Shown: positions 47,583-57,462, numbered from the stretch's first letter. The stretch: 64,000 bases of DNA from Firmicutes bacterium UBA5493 (GCA_002424045.1 DIPH01000001.1:13484-77483), one strand, 5' to 3'. Numbers and translations are program-made. The notes: generated from the sequence alone by a model not told the origin.

Positions 47583-48826
47583 AAGAAATCCTAGGTCTAG
47601 TCGTCGTTAGTGCGGAAAATGCCTTTATTCAAGTCACCGTATTTGTCGGAGCAGTACTCCTACTCTTTGGCTATGTTGACTACATTTTATCAGGGCGATT
47701 GGTGCAGACGATCGGAGCAGCAAAAAAACTTCAGCCGGTGATAGGTGCGATTTTGGGTCTTATTCCCGGGTGCGGCGGAGCTATTTTTGTCATGCCCCTC
47801 TTTCCTAGAGGAGTCGTGAGTTTTGGAACGGTGATCGCCACCCTATTGGCCACCATGGGTGATTCCGCCTTTGTGCTGATGTCCGTCATGCCTAAACAAT
47901 GGATTTTCGTATCCGTCATCTCGTTTTTTGTGGCAGTCGCTGTAGGTTATATTGTAGACCTCACCCCCATCGGAGATAGACTCCTAGAAAAATACAAAGA
48001 AACCCAAGAAAAGAAGGCCAAAGCACGCCAGCGCCATAAGGAACTGGATCATAGCATTTTCGAGAGCGAAACCGGGATTGCCCATGACCACTGGACTCAT
48101 ATTGGCCACGATGAGGGTGATGACATCGACTTAGCCCTGCACCATGGCACAAAAGGGCATCAGGATATCAATACCTTTGCCTACAAAGCAACCCATCGCG
48201 GCTATATGATTTACTGGGTCATCATTTCGTTGGGCCTAATTCTGGGGATCATGGATCTCCTTCAAATTGATCTCAATGAACTCCTTATTCCCAACTTGGG
48301 CCTGATTTTCGGTGTAACAGGTACCGCCGCCTCTATAGTGTTGATGATCTTAGGCAAAAAGTTAATTGCTAACGACACCCACGAAGAGTCAGAGATGAAA
48401 TTAGCCAGCCTTAAAGAAACATTTGTCCATAACGCCCAAGAAACAGCCTTCGTAGGAACATGGGTCTTTGCAGCCTATTTCGCCTACGAGCTCTTTGTCT
48501 TATCTCTAGGCTCGGGAAGCTATCTAGCGGGAGAAATGGCCATCACTAGCTTTCTGGCCCAGACCGGTTTAATGGCAGTTATAATTGGGGCCCTAGTGGG
48601 GGTAATTCCAGGCTGCGGTCCACAGATCATCTTCGTAACCCTGTTTACCCGGGGTCTCGTTCCCTTCTCTGCCCTACTGGCCAATGCCTTGTCCCAAGAT
48701 GGCGATGCCCTATTCCCCCTTATTGCCATTGATAAGCGTTCAGCCGTATGGGCTACGATAGTTAACACCATACCCGCTCTCATCGTGGGGATCTTAGCCT
48801 ATTGGATCGAAATGACGTACTTCTAG
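47576..48826 (+). CDS. Putative 10-TM heavy-metal/manganese exporter with His-rich loop
   Basis: Repeated IPGCGG/IPGCGPQ motifs, ATMGDSAF, ALSQDGDALFP; loop HDHWTHIGHDEGDDIDLALHH. Confidence 0.82.
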   Translation: MLKEILGLVVVSAENAFIQVTVFVGAVLLLFGYVDYILSGRLVQTIGAAKKLQPVIGAILGLIPGCGGAIFVMPLFPRGVVSFGTVIATLLATMGDSAFVLMSVMPKQWIFVSVISFFVAVAVGYIVDLTPIGDRLLEKYKETQEKKAKARQRHKELDHSIFESETGIAHDHWTHIGHDEGDDIDLALHHGTKGHQDINTFAYKATHRGYMIYWVIISLGLILGIMDLLQIDLNELLIPNLGLIFGVTGTAASIVLMILGKKLIANDTHEESEMKLASLKETFVHNAQETAFVGTWVFAAYFAYELFVLSLGSGSYLAGEMAITSFLAQTGLMAVIIGALVGVIPGCGPQIIFVTLFTRGLVPFSALLANALSQDGDALFPLIAIDKRSAVWATIVNTIPALIVGILAYWIEMTYF

Positions 48827-50229
48827 CGTGTAAGGGCCGTCAAACCCGCTGCGGTGATGGCCTGCCCCACCCTGCGGTCGCTCTCATCGGGCAGGTGGAA
48901 GTTTATCTTGGAAAGTTCGGGAAAGTCCGCGTTCAACACTTCGCGGGCTTTTTCTAAAATTAGAATGCCACCCCGACCTGAAGTAACCCGACCTAAGATA
49001 AGTAGGTGTTTGATATCGTAAAAGTCGGCATAATAGGCAACGGAATAACCCAAATAGGTACCGATGCTCTCAAAGATTTTCTGGGCGCCTTCGTGGCCTT
49101 TTCCTAGCAGATCTTGAACCACTTTTAGCTTTTCAGCCGGCGTCAGGTTTTCATCCAAGTCAATTCCAGCGGCAGGGGCCAATTTGATCACAGCATCCTG
49201 GGAAAAGTACTTTACCCCACAACCGTAGTCACCAGACCACTCGTCAACCATGGCCTCTGGATTATAGTCAACGGGCATAAAGGACAGTTCGTTGAGCCAA
49301 CCGGTGAGGGAACCCTCTGCATCCACATAACCAACTGCCTCACTCGTTCCCATGGCTATACCCAAGATGTTGGTATCCTGTAGGGACGAAGCCCCTGCTA
49401 GTGCCGTCACATCTCCATCATTGCGAACTTCAATTGGTACATTGCCGAGTTCTTTGGCCACTCTAGGATAAATATCCTTCACTTTAGCATCAAACAACTC
49501 CTGGGGTACTTTCAGAAAAAGCGAAGCCACCATGGTCCGATTGTTTATGTAGATTCCAGCCGAACTCACACCGATGGCATCAACCCTAGGGAGGTGAGCG
49601 GCTGCTCGTTTGACCGAATCCATAATGCCCTCAAAATGATAGTCTGGGTCTTCTGTCACCTTCGGATGCCACACCGTTTCATCACTATATAGCACTTTAC
49701 CATCCATGACAGCTGCCACTTTGCGATCACTCCCGCCAGCATCAAAGCCGATACGGCAGCCGTCTAGGTGACCTCCCACTGCTTCCGTCTTTTCGTAAGC
49801 CTGAGGCATCTCGGAAAGAACTGCGATTTCCACAGTAAAGACCTGTTCATAAACGCGCCCCATAAACTCCGCATCGAACTCTCTTTGACCGCCTTTTGCA
49901 TAGGCTACCTTTAGCGCCTCCCCCACCTGGGTTGATCCGCCCACAGTTACTTTCCAGCCACCTTTCACCCATAGTAGACACTTCACCAGGCGCTCCATAT
50001 AGAAATAATTAGCCTCATCCCAAGCATCTTTGATTCCGGAAGGAAAAAGATTCGTCTCGTAGACTGCGACTTGGCTCTGATCCCGCTCAATTGCAACGGC
50101 AACGGGCTGGGCTCGACCACATGCTTGAACGGCCTGGGCAAAAGCCCTATTCCATAACACAGCAGGGCGAAAATCTGGATCCAGTTCTGGAACCAGTCTG
50201 GGTGTTGCTTCCCTATCTAGGTTCATCAT
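48823..50229 (-). CDS. ROK-family protein with N-terminal extension
   Basis: IGFDAGGSDRKV, GVSSAG, NDGDVTALAG, MGTSEAVG. Confidence 0.8.
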   Translation of the reverse strand: MMNLDREATPRLVPELDPDFRPAVLWNRAFAQAVQACGRAQPVAVAIERDQSQVAVYETNLFPSGIKDAWDEANYFYMERLVKCLLWVKGGWKVTVGGSTQVGEALKVAYAKGGQREFDAEFMGRVYEQVFTVEIAVLSEMPQAYEKTEAVGGHLDGCRIGFDAGGSDRKVAAVMDGKVLYSDETVWHPKVTEDPDYHFEGIMDSVKRAAAHLPRVDAIGVSSAGIYINNRTMVASLFLKVPQELFDAKVKDIYPRVAKELGNVPIEVRNDGDVTALAGASSLQDTNILGIAMGTSEAVGYVDAEGSLTGWLNELSFMPVDYNPEAMVDEWSGDYGCGVKYFSQDAVIKLAPAAGIDLDENLTPAEKLKVVQDLLGKGHEGAQKIFESIGTYLGYSVAYYADFYDIKHLLILGRVTSGRGGILILEKAREVLNADFPELSKINFHLPDESDRRVGQAITAAGLTALTR

Positions 50230-50386
50230 GTCTATCTACCTCCGTAATGGTCTCCTTGACCATAATTCTCCATGAGCAAAATATCGCCTTGCCAGTCTCA
50301 AGGGCCCATAAAGATAGATATGTAAGGTATGTCCATGATATACTAAAAGACACGTATACCTAAAAATAGGCAGGAGGCGAAAAGGC

Positions 50387-51040
50387 ATGCCTAGACCCCA
50401 ATACTTTGTTTATGGAAGGACGGAAATAGAGCACCTTCAGTCCCAGGACAAAAAGCTCGGGGAAGCCATCGAGCAAATTGGGCCCATCGAGCGAGAAGTC
50501 TATCCTGATCTTTTTCCAGCCTTAGTTAAATCCATTGTAGGGCAACAGATCTCCACCAAGGCTCAAGAAACCATTTGGGGACGCATCCAAGAGCGTTTCA
50601 AACCCTTTACACCAGAAGTTCTAAAAGGCGCGGCCACGAAGGAACTGCAAAGCTGCGGTATTTCCATGCGCAAAGCCACCTACATCCATGCCATGACCAA
50701 GGCCATCGTAGAAGGTCAAATTGATTTGGATGCCTTGCACACCATGTCCGATGAAGATGTTTGCGCCGAGTTAACCACGCTTAAGGGCATAGGAATCTGG
50801 ACTGCCGAAATGCTCCTCACATTCTCCCTCCAAAGACCGGACATTGTCAGTTTCGGAGATCTGGCTATCCTAAGGGGTATGCGCATGCTCTATCGTCACC
50901 GCAAGATCACCCCAGAGCTTTTCACCAAGTACAAAAGGCGTTATTCCCCCTACGGAACAGTAGCCAGCCTCTACCTCTGGGCGATCGCGGGAGGAGCAAT
51001 CCCTGAACTGACGGATCCTGCGCCGAAAAAGAAAAAGTAA
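50387..51040 (+). CDS. alkA: DNA-3-methyladenine glycosylase II (HhH-GPD)
   Basis: IVGQQIS, LKGIGIWTAEM, SFGDL, SLYLW. Confidence 0.88.
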   Translation: MPRPQYFVYGRTEIEHLQSQDKKLGEAIEQIGPIEREVYPDLFPALVKSIVGQQISTKAQETIWGRIQERFKPFTPEVLKGAATKELQSCGISMRKATYIHAMTKAIVEGQIDLDALHTMSDEDVCAELTTLKGIGIWTAEMLLTFSLQRPDIVSFGDLAILRGMRMLYRHRKITPELFTKYKRRYSPYGTVASLYLWAIAGGAIPELTDPAPKKKK

Positions 51041-51069
51041 GGACCGCGACAGAAAACCCACCGCGGTCC
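51041..51069. terminator. Hairpin between convergent alkA and namA
   Basis: GGACCGCG...CGCGGTCC. Confidence 0.5.
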
Positions 51070-51090
51070 CTATTCGTTATGTTTCTTAAT

Positions 51091-52092
51091 CTAGCCACGA
51101 GGCATGGCACGATGGTACTGCCAGGGCCAAATATCCTTGTCGGCCTTGGCCTCTAAAACCCAGTAAGGATTGCGCAGAAGTTCTCGCCCTAAGGCCACAA
51201 AATCAGCCCGTCCGTTGAAGATAATCTCCTGAGCCAACTCTGGCTGGGTTATTAGACCGACGGCAATAGTAGGCATACCCACCTCTTTTTTTACTGCCTC
51301 CGCAAAAGGCACTTGATAACCAGGTCCAAGCTCAATTCGTGAGGACAACAGGCCCCCTGAACTGATATCCATTAAATCAACGCCATGCTCTTTCAGCACC
51401 TTGCAGATTTCCACCGTATCCTCAATCGTCAAACCCCCATCTACGTAGTCGACTGCGGAAAGCCTCACGCTTAGAGGTTTATCCTCTGGCCATTCTTCTT
51501 GCACCGCTTCTACAATCTCCAAGAGAAAACGTATGCGGTTTTCCAGCGAACCACCGTATTCATCCGTACGCTCATTGCTTAGGGGCGACAAAAACTCATG
51601 GATCAAGTATCCATGGGCCCCGTGGATCTGCAGAACATCAAAGCCTGCAAGATGGGCCCGCCTAGCAGCCTGGCGCCAATTCTCGATGACCTCTTTAATC
51701 TCTTGCGTACTGAGGGCATGGGGCATCCCCATCTCCGGAACCGCTAAACTGGAGGGGGCTACTAGTTCATCACCCCAAGATTTACGGCCACCGTGGGCGA
51801 TTTGAATCGCCATAACAGAACCATGTTCTTTGCCCAACTGCACCAATTCACGCAGTCCCGCGGTATGCTCATTCTTCCAAATTCCTAGATCGTGATTGCT
51901 GAGCCTACCTCGTTTTTCCACCGCGGTGGCTTCCAAAATAATAAGGCCTACACCACCTACAGCACGGGCCCCATAATGCACCCGGTGCCAATTGGTCCCA
52001 TAGCCATCTTCAGTAGCCGAATATTGGCACATGGCGGGCATCACAATACGATTAGGAATGGTAACACTCTTCAGCTCAAATGGAGTAAACAT
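51091..52092 (-). CDS. namA: NADPH dehydrogenase, YqjM-type old yellow enzyme
   Basis: MPAMCQYSA, QIAHGGRK, HGAHGYLIHEFLSP, GRELLRNPYW, PWQYHR. Confidence 0.92.
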   Translation of the reverse strand: MFTPFELKSVTIPNRIVMPAMCQYSATEDGYGTNWHRVHYGARAVGGVGLIILEATAVEKRGRLSNHDLGIWKNEHTAGLRELVQLGKEHGSVMAIQIAHGGRKSWGDELVAPSSLAVPEMGMPHALSTQEIKEVIENWRQAARRAHLAGFDVLQIHGAHGYLIHEFLSPLSNERTDEYGGSLENRIRFLLEIVEAVQEEWPEDKPLSVRLSAVDYVDGGLTIEDTVEICKVLKEHGVDLMDISSGGLLSSRIELGPGYQVPFAEAVKKEVGMPTIAVGLITQPELAQEIIFNGRADFVALGRELLRNPYWVLEAKADKDIWPWQYHRAMPRG

Positions 52093-52146
52093 CCAAAACA
52101 CCTCCGAAATAGTTAGACATAGTATCTCCCACTTAGAAGGATTTGG

Positions 52147-52725
52147 CTAACCTCGGCTCGTTTTCCTGCTTCCAGGGGTTTGAAGAGCCACACCCTCCCG
52201 GCAGAGGGGACACTTCTCGGGCTTGTATGCTGTTATCTCCACGCTCACTAAGGAATAAAAAGGAACCCCAAAGACGGCCGTGCCCTGGCTACGATCGACA
52301 ATGGTGGCTATCCCTAACACATCAGCCCCACACTCTTTGGCCAGGTCCACAACTTCCCGAACCGAACCACCGGTTGTGACCACGTCTTCCACAGCCAAAA
52401 CCTTTTCGCCAGGTCGCAGTTTGAATCCACGGCGAAAGGTCATGTTTCCATCTTGCCTTTCGGCGAAAATAAAGCGGCAACCAAGCAAACGGGCTAACTC
52501 ATACCCCACCGTAACGCCACCTATAGCTGGCGCAATTACCGTGTCGATACCCTCCGGGAGCTTCGGAATCAAAGTTTTCACTACCTCGGCGGCCTTACGG
52601 GGATACTCAAATAGCTTCGCACACTGCATATATTGCTCCGAATGCAGACCCGAAGTGAGCTTGAAATGCCCCGATTGCAAGACTCCTAGCTCCTGAAACT
52701 CCGCGAGTAACTCTTGGTTGGTCAT
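52147..52725 (-). CDS. pyrE: Orotate phosphoribosyltransferase
   Basis: GHFKLTSGLHS, VEDVVTTGGS. Confidence 0.95.
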   Translation of the reverse strand: MTNQELLAEFQELGVLQSGHFKLTSGLHSEQYMQCAKLFEYPRKAAEVVKTLIPKLPEGIDTVIAPAIGGVTVGYELARLLGCRFIFAERQDGNMTFRRGFKLRPGEKVLAVEDVVTTGGSVREVVDLAKECGADVLGIATIVDRSQGTAVFGVPFYSLVSVEITAYKPEKCPLCREGVALQTPGSRKTSRG

Positions 52726-53417
52726 ACTTCCACCTCAATTTCTTCTACTATCTTTAAAAACGCTCCATGGGGGTCAGGGCTTGCCAAAATCGGGCGACCG
52801 ATGACTAAATAGTCACTGCCGGCCTGGATGGCTTCCCCCGGTGTCATGGTGCGTTTTTGATCCTGTGTGGCGGAGCCTCGGGGGCGTACACCAGGCGTCA
52901 CGGCTAAGAAATCTTTACCGCACACGTCCTTGATGCTCGTCACCTCTAAGGGCGAACAGACAACACCGGCCAAATTAGCCTTCTTCGCCAATTGGGCGTA
53001 GGTTAAGACACTGGCTTCCACTGTACCTGGAATTCCCAACTCACTGTTCAGCATACTTTGGTTGGTAGAGGTTAGCTGGGTCACTCCAATTAACTTGGTA
53101 TCTTCACCAACGGCTTCCCTAGCCCTTTGCATCATCTCCAGCCCCCCTGCGCAGTGCAGATTCAAAAGATCGCAACCGGCGCGACTCAGACTACGCATAG
53201 CTCCTGCTGCAGTATTGGGAATGTCATGGACCTTTAGATCCAGAAAAATCTTCAAACCTCGGTCCTTTAAGACATGAATGAGTTCTGGTCCCGCGCTATA
53301 GAAAAGTTCCATGCCCACCTTGACAAAACGAACCTGAGGCAGTCTTGTCAGGGCCTCTTCTACTTCTTCCCTGCTCCCCACGTCAAGGGCCACAATAATC
53401 CTCTCCACCAAACTCAT
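52722..53417 (-). CDS. pyrF: Orotidine-5'-phosphate decarboxylase
   Basis: VALD, KVGMELF, DLKVHDIPNT, VTPGVR. Confidence 0.96.
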   Translation of the reverse strand: MSLVERIIVALDVGSREEVEEALTRLPQVRFVKVGMELFYSAGPELIHVLKDRGLKIFLDLKVHDIPNTAAGAMRSLSRAGCDLLNLHCAGGLEMMQRAREAVGEDTKLIGVTQLTSTNQSMLNSELGIPGTVEASVLTYAQLAKKANLAGVVCSPLEVTSIKDVCGKDFLAVTPGVRPRGSATQDQKRTMTPGEAIQAGSDYLVIGRPILASPDPHGAFLKIVEEIEVEV

Positions 53418-54325
53418 AACGCACACCCCCTGATTTCCTCTATATTCTTGATTCCCTCTTCTTGCATAAATGACCTTAACTCTGCGATAATCCTGGGGCA
53501 AGCATAGGGGTCTGTGAAGTTGGCTGTTCCTACTTCCACAGCCCAGGCTCCGGCCATGATGAATTCTGCGGCATCCCGCCCACTATAAATACCGCCCATG
53601 CCAATGATGGGAAGGTCGACTTCTCTGGCTACGTCGTAGACCATGCGCACGGCTACAGGTTTGATGGCCCGTCCTGAAAGTCCGCCTGTTTTGTTGGCCA
53701 AGACCGGCTTTCTCGTGGTTAGATCAATTTGCATCCCAATGAGTGTGTTAATTAAGCTCAAACCATCGGCACCTCCACAGGCAGCGGCCAGGGCTAGATC
53801 CTGCACCCTGGTTACATTGGGTGACAGCTTAACAAAAAGGGGGAGCGTACAAACCTTACGGACTTCTTCGACTAGTCCTCTGAGGACCGTAGCGTCAACC
53901 CCAAAGGCAAGACCTCCTAATTTCACATTAGGGCAAGACACATTGAGCTCAACTGCCTGGGCTAAGCCAGATCTGCTAACTTGCTCTACCACTTCGCAAT
54001 AATCCTCCACCGTATCGCCTGCTACGTTCACAAAGATCGGAACATTCTGGCCCGCCAGCCAGGGGAGCTCTTCGGCTAGAACCTCGTCAAGACCGGGATT
54101 GGCTAAGCCAATAGCGTTAAGCATGCCCCCTGTGACCTCTGTCACCCGGGGGGTAGGATTACCTAGGCGGGGATAGAGCGTTGTGGCCTTCACCACCACG
54201 GCTCCTAATTCGTCCAGGGAATAGTATTCGCCATATTCCCTACCAAAGCCAAAGCAGCCTGAGGCAGGCATCACAGGGTTCCTCAACTGCAAGCCCCCTA
54301 AGTCAACCTCAAGATCCACACTCAT
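53414..54325 (-). CDS. pyrD: Dihydroorotate dehydrogenase 1B catalytic subunit
   Basis: NPVMPASGCFG, NAIGLANPG, NVSCPNV, KLSPNV, GGLSG. Confidence 0.96.
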   Translation of the reverse strand: MSVDLEVDLGGLQLRNPVMPASGCFGFGREYGEYYSLDELGAVVVKATTLYPRLGNPTPRVTEVTGGMLNAIGLANPGLDEVLAEELPWLAGQNVPIFVNVAGDTVEDYCEVVEQVSRSGLAQAVELNVSCPNVKLGGLAFGVDATVLRGLVEEVRKVCTLPLFVKLSPNVTRVQDLALAAACGGADGLSLINTLIGMQIDLTTRKPVLANKTGGLSGRAIKPVAVRMVYDVAREVDLPIIGMGGIYSGRDAAEFIMAGAWAVEVGTANFTDPYACPRIIAELRSFMQEEGIKNIEEIRGCAL

Positions 54326-55071
54326 AGAGAAACCTCCTCCCAGGAAAACACGGGACCCTCTTTGCAGATGCGCTTGGCAGCCGAACCATCAGGATCAAGA
54401 CAGGTACAGCCCCAGCAGGCTCCCACACCGCAAGCCATGCGCTCTTCTAGAGATACATAGCCTTTGATGTCTCTACCTTGAAAGTGAGCTTTCAGGGCTT
54501 TTAGCATAGGCTTGGGACCACAGCTATAGAGAGTTGTCCAGTTTTCATTCACGTTTAAGGCTTCTGTGACAAAGCCCTTTTTTCCTAAAGAACCATCTTC
54601 TGTGCAGACAACTACATCACCAAATTCAGCGAATTCTCTTGTCCAGAAGACGTCGTCCTGGTTCTTAAATCCCAAAACGATGTGGAGTTTAAAGCCCGCA
54701 GCTCCCAGCTCTTTAGCCAGTTGATAAAGGGGAGGAACTCCAACTCCTCCTCCTACGACCAGGACAGTACCAGGATTCTGTGGCGCGGGAAACCCCCTCC
54801 CCAGAGGCCCGAGTACATCGAGGACATCGCCCGGACACCTTTCGCTCAGCCATTTGGTTCCATCTCCCACCACGCGATAGACGAGGGTGAGAGTTTTCGT
54901 CTCTGGATTGCAGGAGGCAATACTTAGTGGCCTACGCAGAGGATGTCCTTTGCCATCTCCGATTAACAGATTCACAAATTGGCCTGATGTGGCCTTTTCA
55001 TAGGGAAATTCGCCCGTCAATTCCAAGGCAAAAATGTCCCGGCTGAGCTGCTTATTTTCCTCGACTAACAT
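54322..55071 (-). CDS. pyrK: Dihydroorotate dehydrogenase electron transfer subunit
   Basis: LRRPLS, GGGVGVPP, EERMACGVGACWGC, ICKEGPVF. Confidence 0.95.
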   Translation of the reverse strand: MLVEENKQLSRDIFALELTGEFPYEKATSGQFVNLLIGDGKGHPLRRPLSIASCNPETKTLTLVYRVVGDGTKWLSERCPGDVLDVLGPLGRGFPAPQNPGTVLVVGGGVGVPPLYQLAKELGAAGFKLHIVLGFKNQDDVFWTREFAEFGDVVVCTEDGSLGKKGFVTEALNVNENWTTLYSCGPKPMLKALKAHFQGRDIKGYVSLEERMACGVGACWGCTCLDPDGSAAKRICKEGPVFSWEEVSL

Positions 55072-56318
55072 GAATAGACCGCCTCCCCGTCCACAAGAGT
55101 CAAAACAGGCCATCCTTGCAGAGTCTGCCCTATGTGGGGAGAATTGGTGCCCTTGCTTTTAAACTGATCCTTGGTGACCTTTCTCTCCTTACCTAAATCC
55201 AGGACGACAAGGTCGGCACCGGCTCCCACCTTAAGCTCAGATTCTACTCCAAGTATGGAGGCCGGTGCTTCCGTGAGACTGTATAATAACTGCTCTAGGG
55301 TCAATTGGCCCTCTAGAACGAGCTTGCTATACAAAACGGGAAAGGTCGTCTCTAAAGCCGTGACTCCGAAAGGTGAACCCTCAAATAGTCCGTTTTCCTT
55401 TTGTGTACCATGGGGCGCATGATCAGTGGAGATGATGTCAATGACCCCGGTTTTCAACGCTTCCACTAGGGCCCGGCGATCTTTTTCTGTGCGGAGTGGG
55501 GGTTTCATCTGAAAGTTCCCTCGGGGCTCCTTAATATCGTGATGGGTGAGTGTCAGATGATGAGGTGTAACTTCTGCTGTAACGGGTAAGCCCTCCTCTT
55601 TGGCCTTGGCAATGAGCTCAACTGTCTGCCAGGCGCTCACATGGGCCACATGGTAGCGGCAGTGGGTTTTCCTCACGAATTCAAGGTCGCGCTTTAACAT
55701 GAGATATTCAGACTCCGGGGGAATTTGCTCATAAAAAAAGCCCTCCCCAAGTAGAGCCTTATCTTCTAGATGGTTGATGACAACACCACCAACCTCTTTT
55801 ACTCCAAGGAAAACCTCTTGCGCAATGTTCTCGTTTAAGGGGTCACCATCATCGGAATAAAGGACAACATATCTTGCTGCAAAAGCTTTGTAGTCTACCG
55901 TTTTCTTCCCCGACCGTCCTTCAGTCAAAGCCGCGATGGGCCTGACCTTACAGTGAGCGGTTTTTCGAATACGCTCATCTAGAGCGTCCAATGCTTCCAG
56001 GGAGTCCAAGGCTGGACTCGTGTTCGGCATAGGACACACCGTTGTAAACCCTCCGGCCACAGCGGCCATGGTGCCGCTTGCAATTGTCTCCTTACTCTCA
56101 AAACCGGGCTCCCGAAGATGGGTGTGGAGATCAATGAAACCTGCGGCGATGATCTGCCCTGTTGCATCGAAATCCCTAATGGGACCTTGAAATAGTTGTC
56201 TTACCTCATCCGCAGCTTTCCCAAAGGCCACGATCATGCCCCCGAGAATCAGAACGCTTTCCTGCATTATTTCTTGATTACGATACACTGAGCCGTTATG
56301 CAGATACCAATTTGCCAT
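55065..56318 (-). CDS. pyrC: Dihydroorotase
   Basis: DLHTHLREPG, MPNT, EVTPHHL, TDHAPH. Confidence 0.95.
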   Translation of the reverse strand: MANWYLHNGSVYRNQEIMQESVLILGGMIVAFGKAADEVRQLFQGPIRDFDATGQIIAAGFIDLHTHLREPGFESKETIASGTMAAVAGGFTTVCPMPNTSPALDSLEALDALDERIRKTAHCKVRPIAALTEGRSGKKTVDYKAFAARYVVLYSDDGDPLNENIAQEVFLGVKEVGGVVINHLEDKALLGEGFFYEQIPPESEYLMLKRDLEFVRKTHCRYHVAHVSAWQTVELIAKAKEEGLPVTAEVTPHHLTLTHHDIKEPRGNFQMKPPLRTEKDRRALVEALKTGVIDIISTDHAPHGTQKENGLFEGSPFGVTALETTFPVLYSKLVLEGQLTLEQLLYSLTEAPASILGVESELKVGAGADLVVLDLGKERKVTKDQFKSKGTNSPHIGQTLQGWPVLTLVDGEAVYSC

Positions 56319-57195
56319 GCTTTCCTCCCTGCAAACACCAATCCAAGACCGCCATACGCACTTCTACACCATTGCTCACCTGTCTTAAGATCTGACTGCG
56401 GGGGTCCTCCATGGCAGCTGTGCAGATTTCCACACCGCGATTTACGGGACCAGGGTGCATAATTACGGCTTCTTTCCGTAGTCTAGCCAATCTTTCTTCC
56501 GTCAAGCCATACTGTTCATGATAGGTTCTAATATCCGTGTTCTCAGCGTGCCGCTCATGCTGCACTCTGAGCATCATCAGGACCTCCGTTTCTTCTACAG
56601 CCTTGTCTAAATCAACCCAGGGCACTTCAGGGAGATCATGGGGCTTGAAGATATCTGGTCCAGCGAACTGAACATGTGCACCGAGTTCTGTTAGGATATG
56701 CAGATTCGAACGTGCAACTCTGCTGTGTCTGATGTCTCCCACAATTGTAACCTTGAGACCCCGGAGGCTGCCGAAGCGTTGCCTTATCGTGAGGGCATCT
56801 AGCAGTGCTTGCGTCGGATGTTCAAAAGCGCCAGATCCAGCGTTAACCAAGCTAAGATTGAGTTTGCAATCGGCCAGTTCTTTAGGCCAGTCGGTCTTAT
56901 GTCGGATTACGACCACGTCAACGCCTAGAGCTTCTAGAGTCTCTAGGGTATCCCTGAGTGATTCGCCCTTGCTTGTGCTAGAATGGTCTACATCAAAGTT
57001 CAGGGTCCGTAGCCCTAAACGCTGGGCTGCCATTTGGAAGGATAAATTTGTGCGGGTACTGTTTTCGAAGAATAGATGGACAACGGTTCCGTGATTCTCG
57101 CCCATTTGCTCCTTATCTGCATAGGCTTGAGCATTTTGAAGTAATAGTTCGATGGTGTGGCGTCCTAGATCCTTACTACTGACTAGAGAATTCAA
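56296..57195 (-). CDS. pyrB: Aspartate carbamoyltransferase catalytic subunit
   Basis: FFENSTRT, HPTQALLD, GDIRHSRVARS, MHPGPVNRG. Confidence 0.96.
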   Translation of the reverse strand: MNSLVSSKDLGRHTIELLLQNAQAYADKEQMGENHGTVVHLFFENSTRTNLSFQMAAQRLGLRTLNFDVDHSSTSKGESLRDTLETLEALGVDVVVIRHKTDWPKELADCKLNLSLVNAGSGAFEHPTQALLDALTIRQRFGSLRGLKVTIVGDIRHSRVARSNLHILTELGAHVQFAGPDIFKPHDLPEVPWVDLDKAVEETEVLMMLRVQHERHAENTDIRTYHEQYGLTEERLARLRKEAVIMHPGPVNRGVEICTAAMEDPRSQILRQVSNGVEVRMAVLDWCLQGGKHGKLVSA

Positions 57196-57231
57196 CTTGG
57201 CTCCCCCTTGTCAGACCTCAACCTACACAAA

Positions 57232-57360
57232 TCCAAAAGGGGCTTCTACCGGTTGGTAGAAGCCCCATCTTCGCAAAGTGGTAACACAGAGTATTGCATA
57301 GAAAACTCTTGTGCTTTGTGTAGGCGTCCTTCCCAACCTCTCTGGATTGGCTTAAAGGTC
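57232..57360 (-). promoter_or_regulatory. PyrR-binding attenuator (binding loop, antiterminator, terminator)
   Basis: CCTTTAAG-CCAATCCAGAGAGGTTGG-GAAGG matches ARUCCNGNGAGGYU; terminator GGGGCTTCTACC-aacc-GGTAGAAGCCCC-TTTT; GGTTGG-GAAG can pair with CTTC-ta-CCAACC as antiterminator. Confidence 0.92.
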
Positions 57361-57384
57361 TTTTTTGTGTTTTTCTTCTAATCC

Positions 57385-57413
57385 AGTCTATCAAGGACTA
57401 GCATCGCTGTCAA
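57385..57413 (-). promoter_or_regulatory. Sigma-A promoter of the pyr operon
   Basis: TTGACA-17-TAGACT with extended TG. Confidence 0.8.
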
Positions 57414-57424
57414 GCACTTTCGGT

Positions 57425-57452
57425 TCCATTTTTTGACCTCCATTTTTTGACC
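57425..57452. repeat. Exact 14-bp tandem duplication upstream of the pyr promoter
   Basis: TCCATTTTTTGACC x2. Confidence 0.95.
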
Positions 57453-57462
57453 AAAACTCTCA

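Noticed and set aside
57425-57452. CtsR operator (contains GGTCAAA twice)
   Set aside because: The heptads are 14 bp apart instead of the 10 bp CtsR needs, and the downstream operon is not a stress operon.
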